Shown here one piece after another: positions 61,190-64,000 of a stretch of 64,000 nt of DNA. The translations under genes and the position numbers were made by a program. The notes below the pieces were generated by a model, which was not told the DNA's origin, made no database searches, and saw nothing but the letters and a program-made list of their open reading frames with translations. Positions within the stretch are counted from its first letter, which is position 1, and every line of letters starts with the position of its first letter. Source of the DNA: Sphyrna mokarran (lineage: Eukaryota); NCBI GenBank assembly GCA_024679065.1, contig JAGIQG010000018.1, forward strand, positions 16,926,001 to 16,990,000, written 5' to 3'.

Positions 61190-61878
61190 GGCAATCATGA
61201 CTCTGGACAGCACTTGTGCCTCTGAATCAGAAGATTAAGTGTTCAAGCTCCATTCAAGAAGATTGAGCGCACAATCCAGACTGATATATCAGTGTAGTAC
61301 TGAGGGAGTGTTGCACTGTTGGAGGTGCCACATCTTTTAGATGAGATGTTAAATTGAAACCATCTCAAGTGACATAAAAGATCCCATGATACTCTGTCAA
61401 AGAAGAGTGGCTGAAATTCATCCTGATATCCTAGCCAATATTTTTCTGTCAAGCAACATCACAAAATTATCTGGCCATGATCGTGATTTTTGCGGCATGA
61501 TGGCACATGGTTAGCATTGCTGTCTCAAGCACAAGGGACATCAGTTTGGTTCCAGCTTTGGGTGACTGTCTTGTGTGGAGTTTGCGCATTCTCCCTGCAT
61601 CTGTCTGAGTTTCCTCCCACTGTCCAAAGATGTTCAAATTAGATGGATTGGTCATGTTAAATTGCCCCTTTGTGTCCAAGGACGTAAAGGTTAGTGAGGG
61701 GGGGCGGTTGTTTAGCCATGTTAAATGTTTGGGATTACAGTGACAGAGCAGAGGAGAGGGCCTAGGTAGAGTACTCTGTCTGAGAGTTGGTGTAGACTCG
61801 ATAGGCTGAATGGCCTCTTGTCCATTGTAGAGATTCTAGGGAGCTCATGAAAGGTGCTACATAAATGCAAGTCTTTCT
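61190..61878 (+). mobile_element. Deu-domain SINE (61190-61482, tail 61842-61878) with nested HE1 SINE (61492-61839)
   Basis: gtgtagtactgagggagtgttgcactgttggaggtgcc...attatctggcc, then the HE1 head gcggcatgatggcacatggttagc, then the tail tcatgaaaggtgctacataaatgcaag. Confidence 0.8.
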
Positions 61879-63099
61879 GTTCGTCTGGTTGCCCCTCTAT
61901 CTGTTTATCTTTCTTCTTCCTGTCTAGTTGAACCAACACATTCTTAATCCAAAAAAAGGCATGTTCTGCCCAACATATATCCACATGGATGCCTTCCATC
62001 CAGTTCCTATGCTGGCTCACCAGGGGACAGCACCTGAAAAATCGGGGAAGTACCCCTCCTCCAACCTTCCAACTATGACCTGATCAGTGCAGAGGTCAAG
62101 GTGACTTGTGACTCCTCTCTGACAGAGAGGAAAAGCATCACTATGTTACTAAGCATCAACCTTCCCCCTAAAGCATTCCAGCCCTGGCAGCTCGATATAT
62201 GTGACAGACTGCTCAGGACTTGAATATTAATGGGGGGAATTCTGACTCGGCAACTACCAGATATCGAGCCCTCACTTTTAATGAGCCCAAGCTGCCAGGT
62301 GCACTGTAGGATTTATCTAAACCATAGTAAAGATTAACCTGGCATTTGCCCATGTCATAACAAAATGGAGATAACGCTTTCTGTTCATTAAGTGTTACTT
62401 CACTTCTGGTTAGTCTGTGATAAGGACAAAATATTGCTGACTTTCAAATCCTTTTTTAAACAAAACAAAATCTTCAAAATAATTAAATGCAGCAGTCCCT
62501 TTTTCTCAGTCATTTGCAGAATTACACGTAAACTGCCTAACAGTGTGAATGTGAACTTTCTACTATTTTGACCTTCTCAGTTGTCCTCTCTTTAACTGAG
62601 TTTTTAAAAATAATCCCCAGCTTGTGTATATGGAAACCATCCGATGGCAGTGAGTGCATCTGGAACTGACATTGGCTTTTTAAACCTTCCTTTGAAAGGA
62701 AGATTTGCTCTTTTCATTGGTTAAAGGGCCGCTGTCTTCAAGAAAAGGTCTTTCGGAACTTCTGCTTTTTTTAGTTGCTTGATCAGGGAGAGCCATGGTG
62801 TCCTTGGCACGTGTCTGTAAACATTTAACAAAAAATGTTTGTTAAACATTTGCTTCCATAAAAAGATAAAACATATTCTTGTTCATTGAATCTCTCTCTC
62901 CTTGTTCCTCCAGTTTGTCCCGCAATTGCTTGAAGATTCTGACTTTCATTGTGCTAATAGTCCGGGTGGCCATTTTTTATGTTTGAGCCTTAAGTGTTAG
63001 CAGGCTATTTGACACCTGCAGGCATCGCAGCCATTCCAATTCACTCTACTGTCCTTTGGACAATGATTGGTATTGAGAATTCTGAAATGACAAGGCAAA

Positions 63100-63870
63100 A
63101 TAGGGCAACAAAAAGAGACTCAATAGCGTACCTGAATGATTATTAAAATATATCCTAAGAGATAGAGTACAAAAGCTAGTTATGCTAAATCCATGCAAAC
63201 CACATAGTGGACCCCAGCTGGAGAATCAGATCCGATTCTGGGCTTTAGGAAAGATGCCAAAGCTTTGGAAGATATAGAAGAGATTTACTAGAATGGTTCC
63301 AGGCATGAGAGATAGCATAGAGACATAGAAACTAGAAACAGGAATAGGCCATTTCCCCATTTGCCCCATTTCCTTGTAACCATAGAATCCCTACAATGCA
63401 GGAGGCATTATGGTTGGAGCAGTCTCAATGGGCCGAATGGCCTTGTTCTGCTTTGAGCCTGCTCACCATTCATCTTGATCATGGCTGATCATCAAATTCA
63501 ATATCCTGATTCCCCCCTTCCTCCCATATTCCTTGATCCCTTTAGTCCCAAGAGCTATATCTAATTTTGTCTTGAAATCAGACAACCTTTTGCCCTCAAC
63601 TATTTTCTGTGATAGTGAATTCCACATATTCACCACTCTCTGGGTAAAGAATTTTTTTTAACCTCAGTTGTTAAAGTTTTATCCCTTATCCTCAAACTAT
63701 GACTCAATGTTCTGGATTCCCCCACCCATTGGGGGTATTTTTTATGAAACGACTTGGTCTAACCCTGTTAGAATTTTATAAGTTTCTATGAATTCTCCCC
63801 TTACCCTTCTGAACTCTCGTGAATGTAATCTTGACTGAGTTACTCTCTCCACATACAATAGACCTGCCAT
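63100..63870. mobile_element. CR1 fragments: plus (about 63100-63315) and minus 3' end (about 63320-63870)
   Basis: agaagagatttactagaatggttccagg (RRFTRMVPG); catagaaactagaaacaggaataggcc tail; gaattccacatattcaccactctctggg. Confidence 0.75.
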
Positions 63871-64000
63871 TATAGTTAAATGCATACTCTGAAGAATCTG
63901 GTGTTGTTTGTGATGGTGCAGAGAATGCTTTGAGGAGAATTGATAAAGTTGTTTGAAATCATGGAGAGTTTAATTGAGTAAATGAGGAATAAGCGTTCTC

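Noticed and set aside
46325-64000. Terminal LMF1 exon (W.RGEHY.YKF...)
   Set aside because: Not found by eye; probably beyond the window. A diverged exon cannot be fully excluded without tBLASTn.

Overview
AT-rich, repeat-dense vertebrate DNA. The HE1-type and Deu-type SINEs, the HER1/CR1 LINE tails and the Penelope-like families point to a shark; this is inferred from the repeats alone. The only host-gene content is two + strand coding exons of LMF1 (5928-6111 and 46212-46324). They are joined by a 40,100-bp intron with a non-canonical GC donor (CAG|GCAAGT). The neighbouring exons were not found in the window. The rest is intronic: CR1 and other LINE fragments, several SINE families, three Penelope-like (GIY-YIG) families, Gypsy and DIRS relics, a solo LTR and a Harbinger-type MITE. 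The most notable signals are minimal hammerhead-ribozyme cores in the Penelope termini, including tiny TSD-flanked non-autonomous copies and a 70-bp fold-back derivative, several long inverted repeats, a triple overlapping palindrome, and repeat-free islands that may be enhancers. I found no evidence for a wholly new protein-coding system. Repeat boundaries and family names were assigned by eye and are approximate unless TSDs or TIRs are quoted.
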